Numbered from the stretch's first letter, positions 1-8,670 are shown. The stretch: DNA of 19,368 bases from Deltaproteobacteria bacterium (GCA_016190375.1 JACPQR010000219.1:1-19368); one strand, 5' to 3'. Notes: generated by a model not told the origin, from the letters alone. Made by a program: numbers and translations.

Positions 1-180
1 TGAGCAGTGATGGCGACCGAGAAGGGCGCGGAGGGGGATTCACTCCCCCGTAGCGACCGCGCATACCGAACGTCGAAGCGGGGGGGCCCGCGGGGGGGGG
101 CGCAGCCCAACCCGCGCTCAATGGAGGCTCCGGCCGCGCTGATCCGCGCGCTCGAGCGAACGAGCGAAGGGAGACGGTAG

Positions 181-1002
181 ATGATGCAGACTTGCTGGGT
201 CCGCCAGGCGGGCTACGAGGACATCTGGTACGACAAGACGGAGGGTATCGCGAGGGTCACGATCAACCGGCCCGAGGTGCGAAACGCCTTCCGCCCGCGG
301 ACCGTCGCGGAGATGATCCGCGCGTTCGCGGACGCGCGCGAGGACCCGGAGGTCGGCGTCGTCATCCTCACCGGCGCCGGAAGCGAGGCGTTCTGCTCGG
401 GCGGTGACCAGCGCGTCCGGGGGCACGGCGGGTACGTCGGGGCCGACGGCGTGCCGCGCCTCAACGTCCTCGACCTCCAGCGGCAGATCCGCACGCTGCC
501 GAAGCCCGTGATCGCGATGGTGGCCGGCTACGCGATCGGCGGCGGCCACGTCCTGCACCTCGTCTGCGACCTGACGATCGCCGCCGACAACGCGCGCTTC
601 GGTCAGACGGGCCCGAAGGTCGGCAGCTTCGACGGCGGGTACGGCGCCTCGTACATGGCGCGCATCGTGGGCCAGAAGAAGGCTCGCGAGATCTGGTTCC
701 TCTGCAGGCAATACGACGCCAGGGAGGCGCTCGCGATGGGCCTCGTCAACGCCGTCGTCCCGCTGGCGCGGCTCGAGGAGGAGACGCTCGGCTGGTGCCG
801 CGAGATCCTCGCCCAGAGCCCCACGGCGATCCGTATCCTCAAGGCGGCGCTCAACGCCGACTGCGACGGTCAGGCGGGCCTTCAGGAGCTCGCGGGGAAC
901 GCGACGCTCCTCTTCTACATGACGGAGGAGGGCAAGGAAGGCCGGCAGGCGTTCATCGAGAAGCGAAGGCCGGACTTCCAGAGGTTCAGGAGGCTTCCGT
1001 GA
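181..1002 (+). CDS. menB: 1,4-dihydroxy-2-naphthoyl-CoA synthase (enoyl-CoA hydratase/crotonase fold), MenB
   Basis: 273-aa ORF with hallmark MenB segments ([62 protein letters not shown]). A GGGAGA Shine-Dalgarno sits ~7 nt upstream of ATG 181. Third codon positions are GC-rich. Confidence 0.9.
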   Translation: MMQTCWVRQAGYEDIWYDKTEGIARVTINRPEVRNAFRPRTVAEMIRAFADAREDPEVGVVILTGAGSEAFCSGGDQRVRGHGGYVGADGVPRLNVLDLQRQIRTLPKPVIAMVAGYAIGGGHVLHLVCDLTIAADNARFGQTGPKVGSFDGGYGASYMARIVGQKKAREIWFLCRQYDAREALAMGLVNAVVPLARLEEETLGWCREILAQSPTAIRILKAALNADCDGQAGLQELAGNATLLFYMTEEGKEGRQAFIEKRRPDFQRFRRLP

Positions 1003-1083
1003 TCTACTGCCTTCGGGAATCGTCGCGCCGTGCGAAGATTCTGCGGCGCGCGCTAGAAGGGCGAGCGCAGGCGGGCTTTGCCG

Positions 1084-1160
1084 AGTCCCGTGGGCCCCGC
1101 CTGCGCTGCGCTCCGGCAGTCCCGTGGGCCCCGGCTCCGCTACGCTCCGCCGCCACGGGA
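1084..1160. repeat. Two tandem ~34-bp units, each beginning with the exact 16-mer AGTCCCGTGGGCCCCG (1084-1099, 1118-1133), plus a partial inverted copy CCACGGGA (1153-1160)
   Basis: Read directly in the menB-menA intergenic spacer. Confidence 0.7.
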
Positions 1161-1191
1161 ACCCAACGGGAGCCCAGGAGCGAGGTGGGGT

Positions 1192-1228
1192 GCGGGGAGG
1201 CGCGAGCGGCAGCGAGCCGCCTCCCCGC
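1192..1228 (+). other. Very stable hairpin: 11-bp perfect GC-rich stem (GCGGGGAGGCG / CGCCTCCCCGC) with 15-nt loop, 35 bp upstream of menA ATG
   Basis: A perfect inverted repeat read directly. It could be a terminator or attenuator-like structure between menB and menA, or a REP-type element. Confidence 0.4.
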
Positions 1229-1262
1229 TCTACGACCGCGAACATCGTGGCGGGTCTGGGCG

Positions 1263-2117
1263 ATGGCGATCCGGCCGAGGACGCTCCCGGTCGCCGTCGT
1301 CCCCGTGGTCGTGGGCTGCGCCGTCGTCCTGGCCTCGGGCGGATCGCTACGAGCTCTGCCCGCCTTCCTGGCGCTCGCCGGCGCGGTGCTCATCCAGATC
1401 GGCACGAACCTCGCGAACGACGTGTTCGACCACGAGAAGGGCGCGGACCGGGCCGTGCGGCTCGGGCCGACGCGCGTCACGGCGGCGGGGCTCCTCACGC
1501 CGCTGCAGGTCCTTCGCGCGATGGCCGGGAGCTTCGGGCTCGCCGCCGTCCTCGGCCTGGCGCTCGCGTGGATCGCCGGCTGGCCCGTCATCGCGATCGG
1601 GGCGCTGTCGATCGTCGCGGGGATCGCGTACACGGCCGGTCCCTGGCCGCTCGGCTACCATGGGCTCGGCGACCTGTTCGTCTTCCTGTTCTTCGGGTTC
1701 GTCGCCGTCGGAGGAACCGTCTTCGTCGAGATCGGGCGCCTGCCCCCGCTCGCCGTCCTGGCCGCGATTCCCGTCGGCGCCATCGCCACGGCGGTCCTCG
1801 TCGTCAACAACGTCCGCGACCGGGAGACCGACGCGATCGCGGGCAAGAGAACGCTCGCCGTGCGGCTCGGCCGTCCTTTCGGCGTCCTCGAGTACGCGGC
1901 GCTCTTCGCGGGAGCCTTCGCGGTCCCGATCGCGCTCGCGGCTCTCGGCGCGGCCTCGGGATGGGTCCTCTTGCCGCTCGCGACCGCACCCGAGGCGGTA
2001 CGGCTGGTGCGGGTGCTCGCGAGGAGCGAGGGCACAGAGCTGAACCGCTGTCTCGCGGCGACCGCGAGACTGCTCCTGACCTTCGGCGCGCTCTTCGCTG
2101 TCGGGCTCGTCGCATGA
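1263..2117 (+). CDS. menA: 1,4-dihydroxy-2-naphthoate polyprenyltransferase (UbiA family), MenA
   Basis: Multi-pass membrane protein with the UbiA/MenA motif [11 protein letters not shown] and a second Asp-rich motif (NNVRDRETD). The first in-frame ATG is at 1263 (MAIRPRTLP...). Upstream residues of the track ORF 795..2117 are low-complexity and not MenA-like. The stop overlaps the next gene's ATG (ATGA). Confidence 0.87.
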   Translation: MAIRPRTLPVAVVPVVVGCAVVLASGGSLRALPAFLALAGAVLIQIGTNLANDVFDHEKGADRAVRLGPTRVTAAGLLTPLQVLRAMAGSFGLAAVLGLALAWIAGWPVIAIGALSIVAGIAYTAGPWPLGYHGLGDLFVFLFFGFVAVGGTVFVEIGRLPPLAVLAAIPVGAIATAVLVVNNVRDRETDAIAGKRTLAVRLGRPFGVLEYAALFAGAFAVPIALAALGAASGWVLLPLATAPEAVRLVRVLARSEGTELNRCLAATARLLLTFGALFAVGLVA

Positions 2118-4279
2118 GGATCGTCGCCGCGCGCACCTGGCGCATCTGGCTTCCCGATCGCCAGGGTGTGATCCTGGCGCTGACCGACGACGATGGCCGC
2201 GTCGGGCAGGGCGAGGCATCGCCGCTTCCCGGGTTCTCGCCGGACCGGCTGGAGGACGACGAGCGGGCGCTTGCCGAGCTGGCGCGCGAGCTTCCGCGAT
2301 CGATCGAGGGCACCGACGAGATCGTCGGACGGATCGCGCCGGAGCTCCCGGCAGCAAGATTCGCGCTCGAGACCGCGGTTCTCGACCTGCTCGAACCGGA
2401 GCGGTGCCTGCGGGAGATCCCACGCTCGGCGCTGCTGGTGGGCGGTGGGCGCGAACGGATCGTCGAGGCGGCGGTCTCGGCCGTGGCGCGTGGGATCCGG
2501 ACGCTCAAGCGGAAGGTGAGGGGACGGTCGATCGAGGAGGAGCTGGAGATCCTGTGCGCCGTCCGTCGCGAGATCGGCCCCGAGATCGAGCTCCGCGTCG
2601 ATGCGAACGGTTCCTGGGATCTCCCCGAGGCGCGCGCGAGCCTCGAGGCCCTGGCCGGGGCCGGCGTGTCGTTCGTCGAGGAGCCCGTGCGGGGGGAGCT
2701 GCTCCTGGACCTCGGCCGGACGGCGACTGCGTGGGCCGCCGACGAGTCGCTCGCGCTGCCGGGCCTCGCGGAGCGTCTGGCGAGGGCGCCCGGCTGCGCC
2801 GCGTTCGTGCTCAAGCCCGCGCTCCTCGGCGGCGCGCGGCGGTGCCTCGAGGTCGCGGCGCTGGCGCGCCGGCATGGCAAGGGCGTAGTCGTGACGCACA
2901 TGCTCGACGGTCCCGTCGCCATCGCCGCGTGCGAGGCGCTAGCCCGGAGGATCAGCGGACGTCTCTTGCCGTGTGGGCTCGATGCGGCGCACCTGCGCTG
3001 CGACGAGCTGAGCTTCCTCGCGGCCGCGCGGGAGGCCCCGGCGCGCACCGCGCTCGTGGCGGACGGCCGCGCCTGGACCTACGGGGATCTCGCCCCGGAC
3101 GTCACGGCCGCGTGCCGGCGGCTCGGAGGGCAGCGCCGAGCGGTCGTCGTTGCCGAGGCGCGCCGTGAGACGATCGTCACGATCTGGGCGGCGCTGGAGC
3201 TGGGGATCCCGCTCGTGCCCCTGCACCCGCGCCTCACCGATCTCGAGCGGCTGAAGCTGGCAGCGAGGCTCGACGAGCACCCGCCGAGCGGCGGGGCGGC
3301 GGCGATCATCTTCACGTCGGGCACCACCGGCGAGCCCAAGGGCGTCGTCCTGCGCCGCGAGAACCTCATCGCGAGCGCGCAGGCCAGCGCGCGAAACCTC
3401 GGGAGCGGGTCGGACGACGTGTGGCTCCTCTGCATGCCGCTCGGGCACGTCGGCGGTCTGTCGATCCTCTTCCGCTCCCTCGCGGCGCGCGGGACGGTGG
3501 TGCTCCTGCCGCGGTTCGATCCGCCCGCGGTCCTCGACGCGATCCGCGCGCACGGCGTCACCGTCCTCTCCGTCGTCCCGGCGATGCTCGGGGCGCTGAT
3601 CGAGGCCGACCGCGACCGCGCCCTTCGCCTGCCGCGCGCGATCCTCGTCGGTGGCGACGCCGCGCCGCGCGCGCTCCTCGAGGGCTGCCGCGCCAAGGGA
3701 CTGCACGCCCTCGTGACGTACGGGCTGACCGAGGCCAGCTCGCAGGTCGCGACCCAGGCCCCCGGCGATCCGATCGGCCAGGACGAGGGTGCGGGCCGGC
3801 CCCTCGGGGGCGTGGAGGTCAGGATCGTCGAGGGCCGCGTCGAGATCCGCGGCCCGACGGTGATGGCGGGCTACCTCGGCCAGCCGCCGCTGGCACCCGG
3901 CGACTGGCTCGACACGGGCGACACGGGCTCGATCGACTCGTCCGGCCGCCTCCACGTCTCCTCGCGCCGCGCGGATCTGATCGTCACGGGCGGCGAGAAC
4001 GTCAGCCCCGTCGAGGTCGAGCGCGCGCTCGAGTCGCTTCCCTCCATCCGCGCCGCGCTCGTCCACGGCGTCCCCGACGACCGATGGGGCGAGCTCGTCG
4101 CCGCGCTGCTCGTTCCTGCCGGCTCCCCGCCATGCGACTCCGAGCTCTGGGCGCAGATGGCGTCGGTCCTCGCGCCCCACAAGCGACCGCGGCTGATCCG
4201 CTGGCTCGCGTCCCTGCCCGTGGACACGATGGGCAAGCTCCTCAGGCGAGGCGGCCATCTGGGAACCACTCGAGGGTAG
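2114..4279 (+). CDS. menC/menE: o-succinylbenzoate synthase (enolase superfamily, MenC) fused in-frame to o-succinylbenzoate-CoA ligase (AMP-binding, MenE)
   Basis: ATG 2114 overlaps the menA stop. The N-terminal ~285 aa look like MR/MLE-family OSBS ([25 protein letters not shown]). From ~nt 2990 onward the sequence is AMP-binding ligase ([53 protein letters not shown]). No stop codon and no plausible internal start separate the two domains in the given sequence. Confidence 0.82.
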   Translation: MRIVAARTWRIWLPDRQGVILALTDDDGRVGQGEASPLPGFSPDRLEDDERALAELARELPRSIEGTDEIVGRIAPELPAARFALETAVLDLLEPERCLREIPRSALLVGGGRERIVEAAVSAVARGIRTLKRKVRGRSIEEELEILCAVRREIGPEIELRVDANGSWDLPEARASLEALAGAGVSFVEEPVRGELLLDLGRTATAWAADESLALPGLAERLARAPGCAAFVLKPALLGGARRCLEVAALARRHGKGVVVTHMLDGPVAIAACEALARRISGRLLPCGLDAAHLRCDELSFLAAAREAPARTALVADGRAWTYGDLAPDVTAACRRLGGQRRAVVVAEARRETIVTIWAALELGIPLVPLHPRLTDLERLKLAARLDEHPPSGGAAAIIFTSGTTGEPKGVVLRRENLIASAQASARNLGSGSDDVWLLCMPLGHVGGLSILFRSLAARGTVVLLPRFDPPAVLDAIRAHGVTVLSVVPAMLGALIEADRDRALRLPRAILVGGDAAPRALLEGCRAKGLHALVTYGLTEASSQVATQAPGDPIGQDEGAGRPLGGVEVRIVEGRVEIRGPTVMAGYLGQPPLAPGDWLDTGDTGSIDSSGRLHVSSRRADLIVTGGENVSPVEVERALESLPSIRAALVHGVPDDRWGELVAALLVPAGSPPCDSELWAQMASVLAPHKRPRLIRWLASLPVDTMGKLLRRGGHLGTTRG

Positions 4280-4439
4280 CGTTGGAGCGCGACTTGACCG
4301 AGACTCAGCCGCATGCGGAGTTGACTTCTGTGACTTCTGGGGACACGCACCCGGTCTGCAACATCGCGAGATCGCAGTCGTTCCGGGGGCAACCGCGCGA
4401 TCTGCTACCCCTTCCCCTCGGCCACCCGCCGGCGGCCAC

Positions 4440-4626
4440 ACGGGCCTTCCCGGTCCGGCTCGGCAGCGGTTTTGCTCCCGAGCGTTGCTCCACGCCGAAT
4501 TCGGCGGCCGGCTCGAGGAGATCGTCCTCCTCGGGTCGCCGGGCGGGAAGACTCGAACGCGGACACCGACGTCGACGTGCTCGTGATCGTCCACGATCGC
4601 ACGAGTGTTGATCTGGCGGACCACTG
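4440..4626 (+). pseudogene. Nucleotidyltransferase (MNT/KNTase-type, TA-associated) remnant with a frameshift
   Basis: Frame 0 reads ..RALLHAEFGGRLEEIVLLGS. A frame offset by -1 continues ..AGREDSNADTDVDVLVIVHD and then hits a stop. Joined, these match the NTase core GS..RG....SD.D.LV. There is no start codon and one frameshift. A second, weaker DVDILVDL-type fragment lies at ~4669-4715. Confidence 0.45.
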
Positions 4627-4852
4627 AACATCTGGTGATCCGCCAGAACAAGACGGGTCGACGCACACGGCTTCGTCCGATTCTCCGAGGACGTCGACAT
4701 CCTCGTCGATCTGAAAGCAGCGAAGCGACCGTCGAACGAGGTCGACACGCGAGGCTGGTCCCTCTGCACGCTGTGGTGGTGTGCCGGCCGCCCATGTCCC
4801 CGTGGCTTGCACGTATTGCGGATCGATCTACACTTCGATTCGGAGGAGCACC

Positions 4853-5140
4853 ATGCGGTCTGGGACGGCGGCAGGCAAGGCGGAGAACCTGATGGTTCGT
4901 GTCGACCGCGGCACGAAGGACGTGATCACGCGCGCGGCGCGCCTGCGCGGAGTCAGCGCCAGCGACTACGTACGCTCGGTCGTTCTGAGTCAGGCCCGCC
5001 GTGACGTCGAGGAGGCACGGACGCGCACGATCGTGCTCGACCCGGAACAGCAGCTCGCATTCTGGTTGGCGCTGAGCCAGCCCGAATCACCGACCGTGCG
5101 CCAGCGGAAGCTCGGGCGAGTGATGAGGGGCGAGCGGTAA
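4853..5140 (+). CDS. DUF1778-family (TacA-like, RHH) antitoxin
   Basis: 95-aa product (MRSGTAAGKAENLMVRVDRGTKDVITRAARLRGVSASDYVRSVVLSQARRDVEEARTRTIVLDPEQQLAFWLALSQPESP...) fits the DUF1778 antitoxin pattern. GGAGGAG sits 5 nt upstream of ATG 4853. It is immediately followed by a GNAT gene. Confidence 0.75.
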   Translation: MRSGTAAGKAENLMVRVDRGTKDVITRAARLRGVSASDYVRSVVLSQARRDVEEARTRTIVLDPEQQLAFWLALSQPESPTVRQRKLGRVMRGER

Positions 5141-5141
5141 G

Positions 5142-5669
5142 TTGGTCAGCATCCCCGGGGGCCATCGCTTCGAGACCCTCCGCAAGGACCATCCCCGCGC
5201 GTCGTTCTCTTCCGGCACATCGGCAGTCGACTCCTGGCTCGCCGCGCACGCACTGCAGAGCCAGAGAAAGCACCTATCCGTGACCAGGGTTCTGGTCGAC
5301 GACCAAGGAGCCATCGCCGGCTATTTCACGCTTGCGACCGGGCAAGTGGATTTCGGTGCTCTGCCGGCCGAGGTCGCAAAGGGGCTGCCTGCCAGGGCGC
5401 TGCCGGTGGCCATCGTCGCCTGGCTCGGCGTCGATCGACGCCATCAGGGACGAGGGCTCGGGACGCTCGCCCTCGCGCAGGCGCTTGCCGACTGTCACGC
5501 CGCCGGTCGCACGTTCCCGTTCGTCGCGGTGATCCTCGACTGCATCGACGAGGCAGCGAAGGCCTTCTACCGCCGCTGGGACTTTCGTGAGATGCCGGGC
5601 CAGCCCATGCGCCTGTTCCTCACGGCAAGGCTGCTCGACGCGCTCATGGAGGGCGAGAGAGAAGGCTGA
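5142..5669 (+). CDS. GNAT-family acetyltransferase toxin (TacT/AtaT-like)
   Basis: 175-aa product with the characteristic toxin-type GNAT layout (GHRFETLRKDH..R.SF.SG...D.WL, IAGYFTLATGQVDFGALP, VAWLGVDRRHQGRGLG, AKAFYRRWDF). It starts at TTG 5142, 1 nt after the antitoxin stop, which suggests translational coupling. Confidence 0.8.
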   Translation: MVSIPGGHRFETLRKDHPRASFSSGTSAVDSWLAAHALQSQRKHLSVTRVLVDDQGAIAGYFTLATGQVDFGALPAEVAKGLPARALPVAIVAWLGVDRRHQGRGLGTLALAQALADCHAAGRTFPFVAVILDCIDEAAKAFYRRWDFREMPGQPMRLFLTARLLDALMEGEREG

Positions 5670-5952
5670 CGATCTGCCGCACGACCTCGCGGATCTCGTC
5701 CAGGATCTCCTTCGGAACGTCGCTGACCCACGGCCCGTCGCGGAGGAAATCGGCGAAGGACTGCTCGTGGGCGCCGCCTCCCGCGTGGGGGTGGTCCGGT
5801 TGGGTGTACCAGACGAGCTTGCCCTCGAACGTGTGGACGCCGTCGTGGCGGCCGGGCTGGTGGTTCCAGGCCCAGTCCCTGCGCAGCGACGGTGATTCCG
5901 CCACGATGCGCTCGAAATCGGGGTCGAATGGTCGAGGAGTCTTGCCTGTCAT
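5644..5952 (-). CDS. Hypothetical protein (102 aa), unknown family
   Basis: ATG start at 5952 overlaps the stop of the upstream FecR/TPR gene (ATGA). Its amino-acid composition is diverse (W, Y, F, H, K, Q present), unlike the Arg/Ala-rich antisense ORF 5587..5895. Its 3' end overlaps the GNAT gene's 3' end convergently by 26 bp. Confidence 0.5.
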   Translation of the reverse strand: MTGKTPRPFDPDFERIVAESPSLRRDWAWNHQPGRHDGVHTFEGKLVWYTQPDHPHAGGGAHEQSFADFLRDGPWVSDVPKEILDEIREVVRQIVSLLSRPP

Positions 5953-7559
5953 TGCACTCCTCTACCTGTCGGCCGGTCCGCGTCGGCCGGATCCGGCGTC
6001 CGGCGCGCGCCGCCGTCTGGACGCTCGAGTCGATCGAGCGCCTCGCGGGCGCGCGGGCTCGTGCGGCTCGAGGGGTGCCGCTCGAGGAGCCTCCGGTACG
6101 CGGAAGCGGCGTCGTCGATCCTGCCGATGGCTTCGAGGCACGCTGCCGTTCCGTACTCGGCGTCCGCGCGTCGCCCCGCCGACAGGACGCCCGACAGGGC
6201 GCGCTCGTACTCCGAGAGCGCTTCGCGGTACTGGCCCCGACGGTGGAGGAGGACGCCCCTGATCACCCTGACCTCGCTGGCTCGCGCGGTCGCGGGGTGG
6301 CGCTGCAAGAACTCGGCGGTCGCTCCGAGGACGTCGCCCGAGCCGAGCCGGAGACGCGCCTCGAGCATCCCCAGGTCGGCCTCCTCGACGTACAGGCCCC
6401 CGGGATAGCGCCGGCGGTACTCGCGCCAGGTCTCGAGGGCCTCGGACGCCGCCCCCCGCGCGAGCTGGAGCTCGCCGAGCCGGAACTGGGCGTTCTGCGC
6501 GCGCAGCGACGGGCGGGCGGCGGCGTCGCGGTAGCACGATTCCCGATCCCCTCGAGGCGCGCGGGCGCACGGATCGCGATCGGCCGTGCCCGGCGCCGCC
6601 GCGGCCGGATCCTCGGTAATCGCGGGGGCACCGGCCTCGCTCGAGGTCAGGCCCGGCGCGTTCGACGGCGCCGGCTCGACCCCGGCCGGCACGGCCTGGG
6701 CGGTCCCCCCGTCCGGATGCTCCTCGTCGACGGGCGCGACATCCGCATTCGCGCCCACTCGACCTCCCGCGTCGCCGGGCTCGCCCGGACGTCCGGCCGG
6801 ACCAGGCGCTGCGGGCGCCTCGTCGATCTGGCCTGGAGCCAGCCCGCTCCCGGCGGCGCCATCCGGCGAAGGACTGGCCCGCGCCGGCACCGTCGCGATC
6901 CGGTCGGGCGCGGGTCCGCCACACGGCAGGTCGTCCGGGAAGTCCGGCGCGCGCTCCGACGATCGCCAGCCCTCGCCAGGGGCGAGCCGCGCGAGCGTCT
7001 CGCCGCCGCCGCGCACGAGGACGCTGCCCTCGAGGAGGCACACGGACGCCTCGCGGCCCTGCCGCGCGGTCCAGAACACGGTGCCGAGGACCACGACGTC
7101 GAAGCGCCCGAGCTCCACGACGTAGGGGCCGCGGCCCGGAGCCACGTCGTGCATCAGGCTGCCCCGCTCCACACGAGCCCCGTCGGGCTCGATCCGGACG
7201 GCCGAGCCGCCGGCGATCCTGAGCTGCGCGCCGCGGGAGAGGGCGACCCTGGCGGTGCTCTCCCGCGGGACCTCCAGCCGCACGGGCAGCGCCACCGTCT
7301 CATCGGTCGTGAGCGGCCTCAGGTCGGCACGGGGGCCGATCCGCGCCCCACCCTCGATGTCGATGGCCCGCAGGCCCTCTGTCTGCGGTCCCATGGACCA
7401 CGCCGCCCAGAGGATCGCGACCGAGAAGGCCACGGCACCAGCGGCCGTCGGCGCCGCGCGGCAGGTCTTCCCGATGATCGCGCTCCTCGCCCCGGACGTG
7501 GCCGACCAGTTCGACCTCGTCGCCTTCGACCCGCGCGGGTGGGGCGAGAGCGCGCCCAT
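5949..7559 (-). CDS. FecR-domain protein with Pro/Ala/Gly-rich linker and C-terminal TPR repeats (putative anti-sigma-like sensor). The 5' end is uncertain.
   Basis: Residues ~140-290 of the track ORF 5949..7802 match the FecR domain pattern (RVALSRGAQLRI..VRIEPDGARVERGSLMHDV..GPYVVELGRFDVVVLGTVFWTAR..VCLLEGSVLV), preceded by a hydrophobic helix (AVAFSVAILWAAW). The C-terminal ~180 aa are TPR-like. The first 81 codons of the track ORF are Ser/Arg-rich junk, so I start the gene at ATG 7559. An alternative start is ATG 7394 (MGPQTEG), which would lack the TM helix. No ECF sigma gene is adjacent. Confidence 0.6.
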   Translation of the reverse strand: MGALSPHPRGSKATRSNWSATSGARSAIIGKTCRAAPTAAGAVAFSVAILWAAWSMGPQTEGLRAIDIEGGARIGPRADLRPLTTDETVALPVRLEVPRESTARVALSRGAQLRIAGGSAVRIEPDGARVERGSLMHDVAPGRGPYVVELGRFDVVVLGTVFWTARQGREASVCLLEGSVLVRGGGETLARLAPGEGWRSSERAPDFPDDLPCGGPAPDRIATVPARASPSPDGAAGSGLAPGQIDEAPAAPGPAGRPGEPGDAGGRVGANADVAPVDEEHPDGGTAQAVPAGVEPAPSNAPGLTSSEAGAPAITEDPAAAAPGTADRDPCARAPRGDRESCYRDAAARPSLRAQNAQFRLGELQLARGAASEALETWREYRRRYPGGLYVEEADLGMLEARLRLGSGDVLGATAEFLQRHPATARASEVRVIRGVLLHRRGQYREALSEYERALSGVLSAGRRADAEYGTAACLEAIGRIDDAASAYRRLLERHPSSRTSPRAREALDRLERPDGGARRTPDPADADRPTGRGVQ

Positions 7560-8655
7560 CGACTGCGTCGACGACGAGGCGATGGAGACGCTCCTCGCGA
7601 GTGACCTCACGCCCGACGACGAGGCGGAGTGGGGCGTGACCGTGGACCTGCTCCAGGGGCTCGCGGACGGTTGCGTGGAGCGCTCCGGCGACCGGATCGC
7701 GCACATCGACTCCGAGAGCGTGGCGCGCGACATGGACCTCGTTCGCGCGGCCATGGGCGACGAGCAGCTCAGCTTCCTGGGTATCTCGTACGGCACGCTC
7801 ACGGGAGCGCTCTACGCGACGCTGTTCCCCGAGAAGGTCCGCGCGTTCGTGCTCGACTCTCCCGTCGCGCCGGCCGAGAGCGCGATCGAGTTCGTGGGCC
7901 GCCAGGCGGACGCCTCCGAGGTCGAGCTCGGCCGCTTCCTCGACGACTGCGCGGCCGACGCGGACTGCGCCTTCCAGGGCGGCGAGGGCGAGAGCGCCCT
8001 GCAGGAGGCGTTCGACGCGCTCCTGGCGAGCGCCGAGGACGCAGCGCTGCCGGCGGGCGACCAGGACCTGTCGGCGTCCCTCTTGCAAGCGGGCACGATC
8101 TCGTTCCTCAGATCAGGCGAGTGGGAGGCGCTCGCGTCCGGTCTCGCCGACACGGCAGCGGGCGACGGCACGGCGCTGTTCGGGGCGGCGAGCGGGATGT
8201 TCGGGCGAAGCGCCGACGGGACGTGGAGCAACTTCCTCGAGGTCTTCGAGCCCATGGTCCTGCTCGACTACGGCTGCCCCGACGGCTTCGACGTCGAGGC
8301 CGCTCAGGACGTTTCGGCCGACCTCGCCGCGCGCGTGCCGCGCGTCGGGGCGACGGCCGCGGCCGTGGGCGCGCTGTGCGCGGTCTGGGCCGTCGAGCGC
8401 CCGACCGCGCGGCTGCCGATCGACGCGAGCGAGGCCCCGCCGATGCTGGTCCTGGCCGGCCGCCACGACCAGTCGACCCCCTACGATTTCGTCGGGTCGT
8501 TCATGGAGGCGCTCGGCAACGACTCGTACCTCGTGACCTGGGAGGGCACCGGCCACGGCGTCTCCAACCGGAACATGTGTACGATCTCGGCGACGGTCGG
8601 CTTCCTCGTGGATCCGACCGCGCCGCCGGCGGCCGACACGTGTCCGGCCGAGTAG
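7474..8655 (+). CDS. Alpha/beta hydrolase, TAP-like (S33-type with Abhydrolase_4 C-terminal domain). It appears 5'-truncated.
   Basis: Conserved blocks: FDLVAFDPRGWGES, the nucleophile elbow LGISYGT (GxSxG), and a TAP_C-like C-terminus (PMLVLAGRHDQSTPYDFVGSFMEALGNDSYLVTWEGTGHG). Homology begins only at ~nt 7440. No signal peptide or HGGPG-type N-terminal region is encoded. Possible starts are ATG 7474 or ATG 7393. It overlaps the 5' end of the FecR gene on the opposite strand. Confidence 0.65.
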   Translation: MIALLAPDVADQFDLVAFDPRGWGESAPIDCVDDEAMETLLASDLTPDDEAEWGVTVDLLQGLADGCVERSGDRIAHIDSESVARDMDLVRAAMGDEQLSFLGISYGTLTGALYATLFPEKVRAFVLDSPVAPAESAIEFVGRQADASEVELGRFLDDCAADADCAFQGGEGESALQEAFDALLASAEDAALPAGDQDLSASLLQAGTISFLRSGEWEALASGLADTAAGDGTALFGAASGMFGRSADGTWSNFLEVFEPMVLLDYGCPDGFDVEAAQDVSADLAARVPRVGATAAAVGALCAVWAVERPTARLPIDASEAPPMLVLAGRHDQSTPYDFVGSFMEALGNDSYLVTWEGTGHGVSNRNMCTISATVGFLVDPTAPPAADTCPAE

Positions 8656-8670
8656 GAGGAAGGAATCGAG

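Noticed and set aside
118-4795. Long minus-strand ORFs (118..1245, 1004..1633, 1347..2423, 1655..2899, 1804..3048, 2939..4795) and the plus-strand ORF 1124.. upstream part covering the men operon
   Set aside because: Their products are Arg/Ala/Pro/Ser-rich low-complexity sequences with no family resemblance. They lie antisense or out of frame to strongly supported men genes. They are open because of ~72% GC.
4605-4892. 95-aa plus-strand ORF spanning the NTase remnants into the tacA upstream region
   Set aside because: Arg-rich, with no family match. It overlaps degraded NTase fragments in other frames and the tacA RBS.
5892-7604. Plus-strand 570-aa ORF and minus-strand ORF 5962..7041 overlapping the FecR/TPR gene
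   Set aside because: Both are Arg/Gly-rich with no domain signal. The FecR and TPR patterns are only in the 5949..7802 frame.
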